Origin: Nitrosopumilus sp.
GTDB taxonomy: Archaea > Thermoproteota > Nitrososphaeria > Nitrososphaerales > Nitrosopumilaceae
Assembly (NCBI GenBank): GCA_965207075.1
Contig: CBDBLO010000002.1
Coordinates: forward strand, 608,001-672,000
Direction: 5' to 3'
Length of the DNA: 64,000 nt
The notes beneath the pieces were generated by a model. The model saw only the letters and a program-made list of their open reading frames with translations. It searched no databases and was not told the DNA's origin. Within the stretch, counting starts at the first letter, position 1. Every line of letters begins with the position of its first letter. This document shows positions 18,183 to 28,732 of this stretch, piece by piece. The position numbers and the translations under genes are program-made.

Positions 18183-20458
18183 TATGGCGCTGACCTCCTA
18201 CTGCTGCCTGCATGGGGGCCGGCGCTTTTCTGCCGCCCCCGCCTCTTTATAGTCGCCGCCACGAGCGCCTTTTTCCCCTTGCGCGACTGTTGTTGCTGCC
18301 GCTGCCGCTGCTGCGCGGCCCTCTTCGAAGAGCGGGCCTTCTTTGAGGATGCAGCGGATCTTCGGGCCGCAGCCTTTTTCCTGCCGCCGGGGGCGGAGAC
18401 CAAAGTACCGCCGGTGTCGTCAAACGCCTTCATTTCCCCAACTGACATGTCGGAGGTACTGCCTTTTATGTCGGGCGCGCCGACGGGTTCTGCATCATCA
18501 ATTTGATCATGACTGCCGCCGGGCGCGCCGTTATCGCCGCGGTCGTCGCTTGCGCCGCGCCCGCCGGTCTTGGACTGTTGTAATGATGATGATGATGGTG
18601 ATGAGGCCGATGCCACCTCTGCGTCAAGCGTATTCCCAAAGGATGTATTTCGGAGAACCTTCTGGTATGCCGGCTCCTTCCTCTTGCCTGACAGTTCGGT
18701 GCAGAACTGGGCGATCATTGGGACGTATTTCGCATACAGGTTTGCGCGCCTCTTTGCGGCCTCGGCCTGCCCCCTCTTGGACATGTAGCCGGCAAGCTTT
18801 CTGGACAGGTACTGCAGGGCCAGCCGCAGTTCGCGCTCTATCTCGGGCCTGTCGGCCACGTTCTCCTTTCCGGCCGTCTTGTACGGCACGCGCGTGGAGC
18901 ATATGTGCGACACGATGACAAACGGCGGGTCGCCCTTTACCTTGTAGCGGGCCCAGTCGATGTCGTTTACCACCTTCAGCACCACGTCGCTCCCCTCGTC
19001 ATACAGCAGGGGGATGCGGTTGGCAAACCGGTACACGTGCGGACCTCCGGACGGTATCTGCCCCCCGTACGCGATCCCCATCTCCACGACGAACGGGAAT
19101 CCAGAGTACGCCGACGCGGGCCGCTGCACCACCGCCGAAAAGTCCGGCTCGAAGAACTTTGCAATCCCCTTTTCAAGCGGCTCGGCCCCGAGGGGCGCAA
19201 GGCAGCTGGAGTCGGGCGCCAGGAACGCGTCATACTTTTGAAGCGAGTCGCTCAGGCCCACGAGCTCCTGGTTCGTCAGGGTGCCCACCCTCTTCTCCGG
19301 CTTGAACCCCGCGAACTCGGAAAATTTGGCGGCCGTGCTTACGCCCACGCGCTGAAACCGCTTTGTGAGGAACGCCGCGAGCTGCTCCCCCTGGACCGTG
19401 TTTGCAAGCTGCCTGTAGTAGGGGCTGTCGCTGCTCATCGGGATGGACTTTGTATCGGACGTCGCAAGGTCCCAGTATGATATCAGGCCGTTTGCCACGT
19501 CGATGTCCTCTATCCGGACGCGGCTAATGGCGTCGAATCCCATCTTCATAAACGACATCATGGCAAGTACGATCCTGACGTGCCTCGTGAGCCCCTTCCA
19601 TTTTTTTGCGGTGCGCGACATTATCTTTGCAAAGTCGGCGTCCTTCTTGACCCCTATGTCCTTGCATATCTTTGAGATCATCGCGCTGTTCACCACGGGT
19701 ATGTCAAACTGCGACTCGACGATCATGCGCCGTATGCGCTCCACGTCCACCCCGTGCGGGTGCGGCCTGATTATGGTGGGCGGGGGCGGTATCTCCTTTA
19801 CGAACCTGGGGTGCGAAAAGGACTGCCCCTTCGGATCGTCAAACTTTATGGTCGCATACGGCGTAATCAGCGACGTCTCGTACACATAGTCGCGTATCTT
19901 GGAGCCGGCCTTTGAGTAGTCGCCCTCCAGGCATATGCTTACCGACAGCCCCACCTTGGACACCTCGCGCGTCTCGTGCCTTACTATCACGGGCTTGTTC
20001 TTCTGTATGTCAAGCAGTATCTCAAACCTGTCCTGCGTCTTTCCGTCCACGGAGCTGTGCACCACGACAGGCGTGTTGGTGGTGATCTGCCCGTACAGTA
20101 TCGCCATGGTGGCCCCGAGCCCGAACATGCCGCGCGCCTGCTTGAGCCCGAACTTTGAGCCGTACAGGACCGTTCCAAACGCAAGCGGTATGTGGTCTGC
20201 GTCTACCCCGGGGCCGTTGTCCTTGACGGTCAGTACGTAGTGGCGCGGATCCGGCTTTGACGGGTCGACTGCCTTTATCATGAGGTGCACGTTTGGAAGT
20301 ATGCCCTTCTGGTCGCATGCGTCAAGGGAGTTCTCGACCAGCTCGCGGACGGCAGTATACAGCGAGCGCGTAGGGTTGCTGAACCCTGCAAGGTCCCTGT
20401 TGCTGTAGAAGAATTCGCTCGGCGAGATCTGGTTGAACCGCTCCTTAATCTGAACCAT
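18182..20458 (-). CDS. top6B: DNA topoisomerase VI subunit B with long disordered C-terminal tail
   Basis: ELVENSLDA, DNGPG, YGSKF, RFANRIPLLY. Confidence 0.97.
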   Translation of the reverse strand: MVQIKERFNQISPSEFFYSNRDLAGFSNPTRSLYTAVRELVENSLDACDQKGILPNVHLMIKAVDPSKPDPRHYVLTVKDNGPGVDADHIPLAFGTVLYGSKFGLKQARGMFGLGATMAILYGQITTNTPVVVHSSVDGKTQDRFEILLDIQKNKPVIVRHETREVSKVGLSVSICLEGDYSKAGSKIRDYVYETSLITPYATIKFDDPKGQSFSHPRFVKEIPPPPTIIRPHPHGVDVERIRRMIVESQFDIPVVNSAMISKICKDIGVKKDADFAKIMSRTAKKWKGLTRHVRIVLAMMSFMKMGFDAISRVRIEDIDVANGLISYWDLATSDTKSIPMSSDSPYYRQLANTVQGEQLAAFLTKRFQRVGVSTAAKFSEFAGFKPEKRVGTLTNQELVGLSDSLQKYDAFLAPDSSCLAPLGAEPLEKGIAKFFEPDFSAVVQRPASAYSGFPFVVEMGIAYGGQIPSGGPHVYRFANRIPLLYDEGSDVVLKVVNDIDWARYKVKGDPPFVIVSHICSTRVPYKTAGKENVADRPEIERELRLALQYLSRKLAGYMSKRGQAEAAKRRANLYAKYVPMIAQFCTELSGKRKEPAYQKVLRNTSFGNTLDAEVASASSPSSSSLQQSKTGGRGASDDRGDNGAPGGSHDQIDDAEPVGAPDIKGSTSDMSVGEMKAFDDTGGTLVSAPGGRKKAAARRSAASSKKARSSKRAAQQRQRQQQQSRKGKKALVAATIKRRGRQKSAGPHAGSSRRSAP

Positions 20459-21035
20459 GAACGACACCCGTCTTCTCTTCCCACAGGATCATTCGCTCCT
20501 GCCTCTGCCGCCGGTTCGCGGCCTCGAGCCGGTTGTATACCGCCCCGTGCATGCTTCCGCCGGATATTGCGCCGACCGCGTCGGCGGCGCGCTTCAGCCT
20601 GCTTCCTGCCCCGATAATCGAAACCGTCTTTCCATATACGGATATCCGGGTGCCGCTGAGCTGCTCCATGTTTTTCCTTGCTCTGCCGCGCTCTCCTATA
20701 ATCCTACCCCTTATCCTCTCGATGTTGGCGCGCGACTTGCCCCCGAAATCGGCCAGGCTTATCACGTGCAGCGAGTTCTCATCCTCAAGAAGCGTCATGG
20801 CGACGTCGGGCGCAAAACCCCTGCCGATGGCCATTACTATCTCTACTGCCTTGAAGGGGGCGTACTCCTCGCCGGCCGCGTCACCCTCCGCGGACACCCA
20901 CACCTCGCCGGTCGAGCCGTCCACTGAGATAGCGACCCCGCACCTGCGCTCTATCTCGGATTTTGCCGAGCCTTTTTTTCCGATCAGCACCGCCACCCGC
21001 TCGTGCGGTATTCGGATCATCTTGTCAAACATCAT
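20445..21035 (-). CDS. KH-domain RNA-processing protein (Dim2/Pno1-like)
   Basis: LIGKKG, AIGRGF, GRIIG.RG, GSMHGAVY. Confidence 0.92.
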   Translation of the reverse strand: MMFDKMIRIPHERVAVLIGKKGSAKSEIERRCGVAISVDGSTGEVWVSAEGDAAGEEYAPFKAVEIVMAIGRGFAPDVAMTLLEDENSLHVISLADFGGKSRANIERIRGRIIGERGRARKNMEQLSGTRISVYGKTVSIIGAGSRLKRAADAVGAISGGSMHGAVYNRLEAANRRQRQERMILWEEKTGVVHGSD

Positions 21036-21939
21036 GATGACGATGTCATCTCCTCCATGATACGGCCTGGATCGTCCACGCTTACCCCCTTCTTCTCAAA
21101 GAATCTTGTAATGTTGTTAATATCTCTTTGAAGAAACATGCGCGCGTTAGGATGCCGCCGGTCCACTGCAGAGCCCAGGTCGAACACGACAAGCCCCCTG
21201 CCGCGCACCTTGAAGATGTTATACTCGGAGTAATCCCCGTGCACGAGGTTTGCCTTTGCATACATGTCCCTGAGCATGGACAGGGCCCCGCGGTAGTCGC
21301 TGTAGTCGACAGGCCAGTGCAGCAGCTGCGCGGCGGGGCGGCCCCTGGCGCCGCTGCCGTCGTCGCCGCTGCCGGAACCGGGGGCGTGGCCCGCGTCTAT
21401 GAACTCCATTGCCAGGACGTTGTTTGCGACATGGATGGGCCTCGGAACGAGAATGCCGGCCTCGGCGCACTGCGTCAGGTTGCGGAACTCCTTTCTTGCC
21501 CAGAGGTACACCATGTTGCGCGTGCCCCCCCTGACTGAGGCAAACCTCGGGTCGCCATACATGTATGCCTGCCGGCGCTTGAAGTTGGAGGTGCTGACCA
21601 GGTATATCTTGAGGGCGACGTCCTCCCCGGCGGGGCCTAGGCCCCAGAACACCAGCGACTCCTTGCCTGCGCTCACCGAGCCGTGACGCCTGAGAGTATG
21701 CCGTCAGTTATCATCTTGTAGAGGGTCATCACGGTGCGCTTGTCGAGCACCTCGTTTACCACCTTGTTCTTCTTAAAGCCGTCTGCCAGCTCCCTTCTCC
21801 TGCGGTGGTGCAGCTTGGGCTCTAGCATCTCCTCAAATGCCTCGCCGGGGGACGGGCCGTCCTGCATGCCGCCATCGCCATCGCCATCGCCATGCCCGTT
21901 ATGATCATCGCCGGTATGGCTGCCCGTCCCACTGTCCAT
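21032..21939 (-). pseudogene. rio1: RIO1 serine kinase split by a 1-nt frameshift (or sequencing error)
   Basis: N-part EVLDKRTVMTL (21673-21939) and C-part SAGKES, WARKEFRNL, LVHGDYSEYN; one added A near 21684 restores VNGSVSAGKES. Confidence 0.85.
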
Positions 21940-22318
21940 GACAGTGTATCGCGCCGCCGGCTAAAATTGATTTCCGTCGGCTCGCATGGCCCCGCCGCCG
22001 GATGAACCCTGCGGTTTTCCGGCGGGACGTGCTGCGCGATACCATGCCGCCGCATGCGGCGGCCGGACGCATAGAGTTGATCATATTATCCGCTCGTGGA
22101 CGCGCGCCGGGCCCGTACGCGTCGTTGCGTGGCGCGGTGCGCCGGCCCCCGCATTGCATGAAAGATCGTATCTGCCATACCCAATATAGTCACCGACAAC
22201 AAAATTACCCACCATGCGCATAACAACTTCGCGCGCTGCGGTATAGGATTTCAGGCCATAATTTTAAATTTAGATCAGGCGTTTGGCGCGTACGCATTCC
22301 GTCACACGGGCGCATAGC

Positions 22319-22618
22319 CTACATTTTGAAAATCAGGAGAAACGGAACGTTGGATATTGTTCTGGCGCCGTCCCTTGAGCCGACGCCGAGCTCGGTGGCC
22401 AGTGAGACGGCCTTTTCTCCGACCATGTTGATAATGGACGAGTCCCTGAGCAGCCTCGACGCCTTTTCTCTGGATATTATTTCCCCGCCATAATATTCCT
22501 CGCTGATGTGCATGGTGTGATCGTCGTCCCCCTGACCGATGCGCCTGCCGAGCAGTTCTGCATCGCACATGTTGAGCATCATGTTTCCTTGGTATTCGGA
22601 GACGCGCGCCGAAAACAT
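22319..22618 (-). CDS. DUF424 family protein
   Basis: MCDAELLG, YYGG, INMVGEKAV, ISNVP. Confidence 0.88.
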   Translation of the reverse strand: MFSARVSEYQGNMMLNMCDAELLGRRIGQGDDDHTMHISEEYYGGEIISREKASRLLRDSSIINMVGEKAVSLATELGVGSRDGARTISNVPFLLIFKM

Positions 22619-22622
22619 GCTA

Positions 22623-23054
22623 TCACGCGTACTTGCCCTTTAGCGTGGATTTTGCCCCGCACGCCTCGCATATCAGAAACGATATCCGGTTCTCCCTGGA
22701 CGTCTTCGTGTCCGGGCTCTTGCAGGTGGGGCACTCGAGATAGTCCTTTACGTATATCTGGAACAGGCGCGTAAAGTCGTCGGGGTCCCTCCTGCCGATG
22801 AACATGGCCTTGTCGCCTATCCGCTCGGCCGGCACCGCGAACTCCTTTGACAGGTACTGGAGCAGCTTGTCAGGATCGCGCCTCAGCACCTTGGGGAACT
22901 CTGCAAAGTTCCGCAGAAAGGTCTTCTGCCCCTCCCGCATCACGTCGACCACCGGCAGCTCGAACCGCGCGGACTGGCCGTCGTCGCGCCTCTGCCCCCG
23001 GCCGATCTCCCCCTCGATTCTCTTGAGCAGGGCCTCGTAGTCTTTTGCCGCCAT
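22623..23054 (-). CDS. eif2b: Translation initiation factor aIF-2 beta
   Basis: RFELP, NFAE...LRRDP, CPTCKSPDT, CEACGA. Confidence 0.95.
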   Translation of the reverse strand: MAAKDYEALLKRIEGEIGRGQRRDDGQSARFELPVVDVMREGQKTFLRNFAEFPKVLRRDPDKLLQYLSKEFAVPAERIGDKAMFIGRRDPDDFTRLFQIYVKDYLECPTCKSPDTKTSRENRISFLICEACGAKSTLKGKYA

Positions 23055-23118
23055 TACAGGGGCCCTCGACAGCACACGCTATATGGGTTTTGAAAAAATG
23101 GAGTCGGAACTCCGGGTG

Positions 23119-23262
23119 TTATGGTTTGCCAATCCTAAAGACACCGGTTCCACATACGGGACAGGTGCCCTTGACGGCCGGTCTTCCGTTCTTTAGCGTG
23201 GTCTCTTGCGGGTCCTTGATCTCACACTTTGCTCTGCATTTGACGCAGTATGCTTGAACCAT
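23119..23262 (-). CDS. Small Zn-ribbon protein (DUF5679-like), 47 aa
   Basis: Manually translated MVQAYCVKCRAKCEIKDPQETTLKNGRPAVKGTCPVCGTGVFRIGKP; below the ORF-track cutoff. Confidence 0.88.
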   Translation of the reverse strand: MVQAYCVKCRAKCEIKDPQETTLKNGRPAVKGTCPVCGTGVFRIGKP

Positions 23263-23513
23263 TTCAAAACTGCTTTTCTGTGCATGTATATAGTAAGAGT
23301 CAGTGAAATTTGTTTAACAATGTTATTAATTTTTAATGTGTGAATTCCACCCTTCGGGTTCCTCCGGGAAGAAGAAAATCACCGGATCGTGCGTTTTATA
23401 ATGCAAAAATACAAGAATTGCACGTATTGCGGGTATTTCATGGGTTTTTTGATCAGAATAGCCGTATGACGTCGCGCCCACGAATTATAAGTTACGTGCA
23501 CCGACAACCGGTA

Positions 23514-24044
23514 TTGGCCTCCAAACGGGGAATTGTCATAACGGCGGTTATACTGGCCGGCATTACCGGCGCAAGTTTTCTGGCCTGGCTGCCGGGGAGC
23601 GGTGGTGGCGGCGCGTCAAACCAGGCCACCTTTGTGATATCAGACCACAAGGAATATCTTGACAGCGTCAGGAACATACACGAGGTTCTGGTCGAATCCA
23701 CCGCGATCGAGTTTGAGATGCTGCTGGACGGCGAGATCACGGCGGCCGAATACACGAGAAGCTCGGAGACCACCTCGACACAGACTGCCATGCAGATACG
23801 CGAGTTCATCACCTCAAAGCCCCCGGAGGAGTGGCAGGAGAGCTACATACTGTACGGCGAGGCGCTCAGGTCGTTTAACACGTACGTGGCAGAGACCCAG
23901 GCAGTGGCCAGCCTGATCGAAGAGGGGGGACTGGACGGCATATCCGACGCGCACCTGCGCGAGTCGCTCCAGAGGACAGAGTCCCTGCTCTCAGAGTCCG
24001 ACGAGTACGTCAAGAGATCCGATGCCGCAAGGCCTCCCGCGTAG
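23514..24044 (+). CDS. Membrane-anchored helical hypothetical protein
   Basis: TTG start MASKRGIVITAVIL; TATA (TTATAA) about 25 nt upstream. Confidence 0.75.
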   Translation: MASKRGIVITAVILAGITGASFLAWLPGSGGGGASNQATFVISDHKEYLDSVRNIHEVLVESTAIEFEMLLDGEITAAEYTRSSETTSTQTAMQIREFITSKPPEEWQESYILYGEALRSFNTYVAETQAVASLIEEGGLDGISDAHLRESLQRTESLLSESDEYVKRSDAARPPA

Positions 24045-24111
24045 TCTTGGCAGCGCTCCCGGCTTGCGGCACAGAACCAGTCTTTATTTGGGCGCCGCAG
24101 GCTCCAAGGGC

Positions 24112-25104
24112 ATGGACGGCGGCAGCGGCACCGGAGACGCCCGTGGCGCCGATGGCGGTGACGCGCGCGCAGGCAACCCAAGGGCCGGGATGCCCGTCGT
24201 AACGGGGAGGGGCATGACGGCGCTTCGCAGAAAGTTTGGCGGTGACGAGATGTCAGACTCGCGGGGCATAACTCGGGCCAGGCTCCTGACCCGGTTCGTG
24301 GGGGATCTAAGCTCCAAAAAGTTCGGCGCCATAATATTTGGATACGAGGGGGTGTTGCGCGATTACGGCGGCGGACACACCATGCCGCTAAAGGAGATTG
24401 GCGCCGAGCTTGAAAGAATCATGCGCGGCGGAATTATAGTCGGAATCGCGTCAAGGAGCGGCCACGAATCGATGGCCGCGGAGCTCCGACACATGATAAG
24501 GCCCGAATACTGGGATGACACGTGTGTCGGATATTGCAACGGAACCGACATCAGGGCGCTGAGCGATGCGGAGACAAGCCAAACTCGTGCAAGTAACGAT
24601 CACGTTGAGTTTGTCACTAACGCGATCGAGTCAAGCGACGTGATCTCGGAATCCGACGTTACATATTGTGGAGGCCAGGCATCGATCAAAAACAGCGGCG
24701 GCGCCGGCGCCAAAAAATACAGCGCAGATATGATTCTCCGCGCGATGGCGGGCGCCGGCGCGACAATGCGGCGTAACGTCAAGGTGTTTGAGTCCGACGG
24801 GTACATAGACGTCGTCCCGTACGGCGACTCGAGGTACGAGGTGGTGAGGCGCACGAAGCTTGCACTCCCAAGGGATCGCTACATACTGTGCATAGGGTGC
24901 AGGGGCCAATGGCCCGGAGCCGACTGCGAGCTGCTGGCCCACAGGTACTCGCTGAGTACGGGCACCGTGTCTGCCACCGCATCCTCGTGCTGGAACCTGC
25001 TGCCGGAGGGGGAGGGCGGCGAGCAGGGGGCGCTCACATACATGAGAAGTATGCGCGTGGGGGACGGCAGCGGCCAAGGCGGCTGGTTCACCGTGAGGAT
25101 GTGA
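24112..25104 (+). CDS. HAD (Cof/type IIB)-like protein with degenerate catalytic motifs
   Basis: IIFGYEGVL (for FDYDGTL), GIASRSG, GYCNG, LCIGCRGQWPGAD (for GD.G..PGND); start uncertain. Confidence 0.65.
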   Translation: MDGGSGTGDARGADGGDARAGNPRAGMPVVTGRGMTALRRKFGGDEMSDSRGITRARLLTRFVGDLSSKKFGAIIFGYEGVLRDYGGGHTMPLKEIGAELERIMRGGIIVGIASRSGHESMAAELRHMIRPEYWDDTCVGYCNGTDIRALSDAETSQTRASNDHVEFVTNAIESSDVISESDVTYCGGQASIKNSGGAGAKKYSADMILRAMAGAGATMRRNVKVFESDGYIDVVPYGDSRYEVVRRTKLALPRDRYILCIGCRGQWPGADCELLAHRYSLSTGTVSATASSCWNLLPEGEGGEQGALTYMRSMRVGDGSGQGGWFTVRM

Positions 25105-25270
25105 CTGCCGCCGGCACCTCAGGCGTCCGGGATGCGCGGGGCTTGCGGCCGCGGGACGATCGGCGGCAGGGCCGCCGTTGGCCGGCCCGGACACACATAT
25201 AAGGCCACATACATGGCGGGTTCGCCCGCACGCCGGAAATCGTTAAAAGCAATCTGCACTATATAACGAC

Positions 25271-26491
25271 ATGTCGCAGCGCGCAGGCAAGGTCGAGAAG
25301 GACGTGAGCTCCTCTTCTGCAAGCAAGCTGCTTGTGGTGTGCGTCGACAGGGACAACGACGTGGGGGAGAAGGCCGGCATAGAGACCCCCGTGATAGGGA
25401 GGGACTCTTGCATAGAGGCGGCCCAGCGGCTGGCGCTGGAGGATCCCGAGGACGCGGACTCCAACTCTATATTCGCTGCCATAAAGACGTACGAGGATCT
25501 CATCAGCAAGGGGTATACCGTCGAGGTCGTCACGGTCGCGGGCGTGAAGAACAGGGGCGTGCAGGCCGACGAAAAGATACTCGCGGAGATCAAAAAGATC
25601 CAGAGCGAGTTTGGCGCAAACGGCGCCGTCATAGTGTCAGACGGCGAGGACGACGAGAGCGTCATACCCGTGATACAGAACGCGCTACCCGTCGTGTCCG
25701 TGCAGCGCGTCGTGATGAAGGTGAGCCGGAGCGTGGAGTACTCGTACGCGGTGCTGGGAAAGTACCTGAAGACAATCGCGTACGACTCCAGGTACTCGAA
25801 ATTCTTTCTGGGGGTCCCCGGAATACTGCTGCTGATGGCGGGCATCGCCACGGTCTTTAACTTTACAGAGATAATATTCGCCGCAGTGATCAGCATACTG
25901 GGAGGGGCCTTTCTGATCAGGGCCTTTGACATAGACAGGGCTTGGGCCAGCCTGTCAAAGCCGACGCCGATGGGATTCATACGCATCTTTACAATGGTGA
26001 CCGGGATCATCCTCATCATGTCGTCCATCCCAGCCGGGATCGGGGCCGTGGATGAAAACCTGTTGGAGCTGGACACGGACATAGTCGCCAAGGTGTCGGA
26101 CAAGGTGCTGATCGGGCAGTTCATCTCGGGCGCCCTGCCCATACTGTGGATAGGGCTTGGCGCCATACTTGCCGGCTCGCTGCTGAGCAACCTGATAGGG
26201 GGCACGCCAAGGCATACGGTCGACATACTGAGGCCTGTAGTCCTGGTGGCAATCTATCCGACTGCGTACCAGTTTACGAACATCATGATCCACGACGAGA
26301 GCTCCTTTACCCTGATCCCGCCCCTTATTGTGGGGCTGGCAGTCACGCTGGCCATAGCGTCCGTCCTGTTCAAGAAGTATCGCAGGCGCAGGACGGGCAA
26401 GGACGCGGCGGCGGCCGACGCCGACGAAGACGACGGCGGCGCCAGCAGCGGCGATGCTGAAACGGAACCGGGCAAGGAAAGGCAGTTATAA
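25271..26491 (+). CDS. DUF373 family membrane protein
   Basis: VCVDRDNDVGEK, DPEDADSN, VSDGEDDE, C-terminal TMs. Confidence 0.92.
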   Translation: MSQRAGKVEKDVSSSSASKLLVVCVDRDNDVGEKAGIETPVIGRDSCIEAAQRLALEDPEDADSNSIFAAIKTYEDLISKGYTVEVVTVAGVKNRGVQADEKILAEIKKIQSEFGANGAVIVSDGEDDESVIPVIQNALPVVSVQRVVMKVSRSVEYSYAVLGKYLKTIAYDSRYSKFFLGVPGILLLMAGIATVFNFTEIIFAAVISILGGAFLIRAFDIDRAWASLSKPTPMGFIRIFTMVTGIILIMSSIPAGIGAVDENLLELDTDIVAKVSDKVLIGQFISGALPILWIGLGAILAGSLLSNLIGGTPRHTVDILRPVVLVAIYPTAYQFTNIMIHDESSFTLIPPLIVGLAVTLAIASVLFKKYRRRRTGKDAAAADADEDDGGASSGDAETEPGKERQL

Positions 26492-26506
26492 CAATATTCG
26501 GTATGC

Positions 26507-27310
26507 TTGGACAGCATGGCAGGGGGCATAAGGAGCGCGGCGTTCGGCCTCTTTGGCTTTTACAGACTGTACAGCGGGAGGCTTGAGCGCGAGATAAGGG
26601 CCGGGGACATACCGAACCACATGGCGCTGATACTTGACGGCAACCGCAGGTGGGCAAGGCGCCATCTTGCGATGGAGAGAGACGGGCACGGCAGGGGCGC
26701 CGACGCGGTCGAGAACCTGCTTGACTGGTGCGAGGAGCTTGACATCAAGATAGTCACGCTATACGCGCTCTCGGCGGAGAACCTGTCAAGAAACGACCAG
26801 GAGCTGCAGGACCTCTTTGAGCTGATAAGGGCCAGGCTTGAAAAGCTGCTGGCCGACCCGCGCATACACCGGAGCCGCATGAGGGTAAAGGCGATCGGGA
26901 GGATAGAGATGCTCCCGGATACGATACGCGACGTGCTGCACCGGCTTGACGAGGCCACCAAGGGGTATGACTGCCGGTTCCTGAACATCGCGCTTGCATA
27001 CGGGGGCCAGTACGAGATGGTCGACGCCGTGAAAAAGATAGGGGAGAAGATAAGGGAGGGCAGGCTCAAGGTGGACGAGATCGACAGGGGCGTGATAGAG
27101 TCGAACCTTTACACGTCGCACCTGCCCCAGCCCTCGCCGGACATGATACTCCGCACGTCCGGCGAGAAGCGGCTGAGCGGGTTTCTGATGTGGCAGAGCG
27201 CGTACAGCGAGCTTGTGTTCATGGACATATTCTGGCCCGAGTTCAGGAAGATAGACCTGATGAGGGCGATCCGCACGTTCCAGAAGAGAAGGCGGAGGCT
27301 TGGCCGGTGA
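26507..27310 (+). CDS. uppS: Polyprenyl diphosphate synthase (cis-prenyltransferase)
   Basis: HMALILDGNRRWA, SAENLSR, RTSGEKRLSGFLMWQ. Confidence 0.96.
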   Translation: MDSMAGGIRSAAFGLFGFYRLYSGRLEREIRAGDIPNHMALILDGNRRWARRHLAMERDGHGRGADAVENLLDWCEELDIKIVTLYALSAENLSRNDQELQDLFELIRARLEKLLADPRIHRSRMRVKAIGRIEMLPDTIRDVLHRLDEATKGYDCRFLNIALAYGGQYEMVDAVKKIGEKIREGRLKVDEIDRGVIESNLYTSHLPQPSPDMILRTSGEKRLSGFLMWQSAYSELVFMDIFWPEFRKIDLMRAIRTFQKRRRRLGR

Positions 27311-27744
27311 GCGCGGCGCGGGAAGAGGTTTCTGCAGGCGTCGTCCTGTATAGGATGCAGGACTCGAGGCGCCTGTACCTCGTACTCCGGTACGCGGCCG
27401 GGCACTGGGACCTTGCAAAGGGCAAGAGGGAGCCGGGCGAGTCGGACGTGCAGGCGGCGCTCAGGGAGGTCAGGGAGGAGACCGGGATCTCAGACGTGGC
27501 CCTGCACGAGGGCTTTGCAAGGCGCATCGAGTACGAGTTCGTGGACGGAGATGGCGCGGCGGTGCGCAAGACCGTGACGTTCTTTCTCGGGGAGACCGGG
27601 GCAAGGGATGTCACGCTGTCCGACGAGCACCGGGACTATGCGTGGCAGGAGTACGGCGGCGCGGTACGCGCGGTCACGTACCCCGCGGCGGCGGGCGTGC
27701 TCGGGGCCGCGGACGCATGGCTTGACGGCGCCGGCGCGGCGTGA
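27307..27744 (+). CDS. NUDIX hydrolase (Ap4A hydrolase-like)
   Basis: GHWDLAKG..EPGE...AALREVREETG, LSDEH. Confidence 0.92.
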   Translation: MSAAREEVSAGVVLYRMQDSRRLYLVLRYAAGHWDLAKGKREPGESDVQAALREVREETGISDVALHEGFARRIEYEFVDGDGAAVRKTVTFFLGETGARDVTLSDEHRDYAWQEYGGAVRAVTYPAAAGVLGAADAWLDGAGAA

Positions 27745-27973
27745 TGCGGCGACTGGCCTAGTGCCGCGGGGAAGCGAGCCACGAGCGCGCGACAGGCCGC
27801 TTGCGGCCGCGCCGGCTTGCAGGACGCGGCGTGCCGGGGTGCTTCCGGACGGGCAGAACGGACACTTGCTACTGCACTGAGCTGCCAAAACGGCGAATTC
27901 TGGACAACCATATATGGAGCGTCGGGACGCGCGTACCCTTCCAGGACGGAGCTGGAAAAACAATCCCGGACAA

Positions 27974-28732
27974 TCAGGTTTTGCCAGACGAGATGCTCTG
28001 GTGCATGGACATGGCCGCCCGCGTCATGTCGTCGGCCCGTATGATGGAGCGCCCCGCAATTACATAGTCGGAGCCGGCGCGTATAGTATCCGCGGCATCG
28101 GCCCCCTGCGCCCCCACGCCGGGGGATATTATGAGCATGCGCCGCCCGCTCTTTTGTATGCGCCTCGAGCACTCCCTTATGACGGCCGGGAACGTGGCGC
28201 CCACTATGACGCCGTCCGCGCCGGAGTCGAGCGCCCAGTCAAGAAAGATCTCGTGCATCTTTCGGGTGCTCTTGGATCTCGGCGTGGGATGCGCCCTCAT
28301 CTCATAGGACGCGCGGGCCTCGGGCGCGCTCATGTGGCACAGCGTGATTACGCCCCTGCCGCGCCTGTGCGCGGACCTGACCAGACTCCTGAGGCCGTCA
28401 AGCCCCATTATCGGGTTTGCGATCACGGCGTCAAAGCCCATGTCCCACAGGATCCCAGTCGCGACTCCGTTGGTGCTGCCTATGTCGTTGAGTTTTATGT
28501 CCGCAATGGCCTGCAGCCCGAGCCCGTGGGCGGCGTCGGTTATGGAGGACACCTGCCTGATGCCAAGCGGCAGCAGCAGATGGTAGTTGATCTTTATGGC
28601 GCAGATGTATGCCGACAGCTTCCTGATGTCGCGTATTACGGGGGAGGCGGCCAGGGAGCGGCCCGTGTAGTCGCAGGCAAGTATCACGCGCCGGCCCGAC
28701 GCCTCTGACAGCTTGGCACTAAACGTCCTCAT
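27974..28732 (-). CDS. pyrF: Orotidine 5'-phosphate decarboxylase
   Basis: ADIKLNDIGST, VGAT, SPGVGAQG, GRSI. Confidence 0.95.
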   Translation of the reverse strand: MRTFSAKLSEASGRRVILACDYTGRSLAASPVIRDIRKLSAYICAIKINYHLLLPLGIRQVSSITDAAHGLGLQAIADIKLNDIGSTNGVATGILWDMGFDAVIANPIMGLDGLRSLVRSAHRRGRGVITLCHMSAPEARASYEMRAHPTPRSKSTRKMHEIFLDWALDSGADGVIVGATFPAVIRECSRRIQKSGRRMLIISPGVGAQGADAADTIRAGSDYVIAGRSIIRADDMTRAAMSMHQSISSGKT

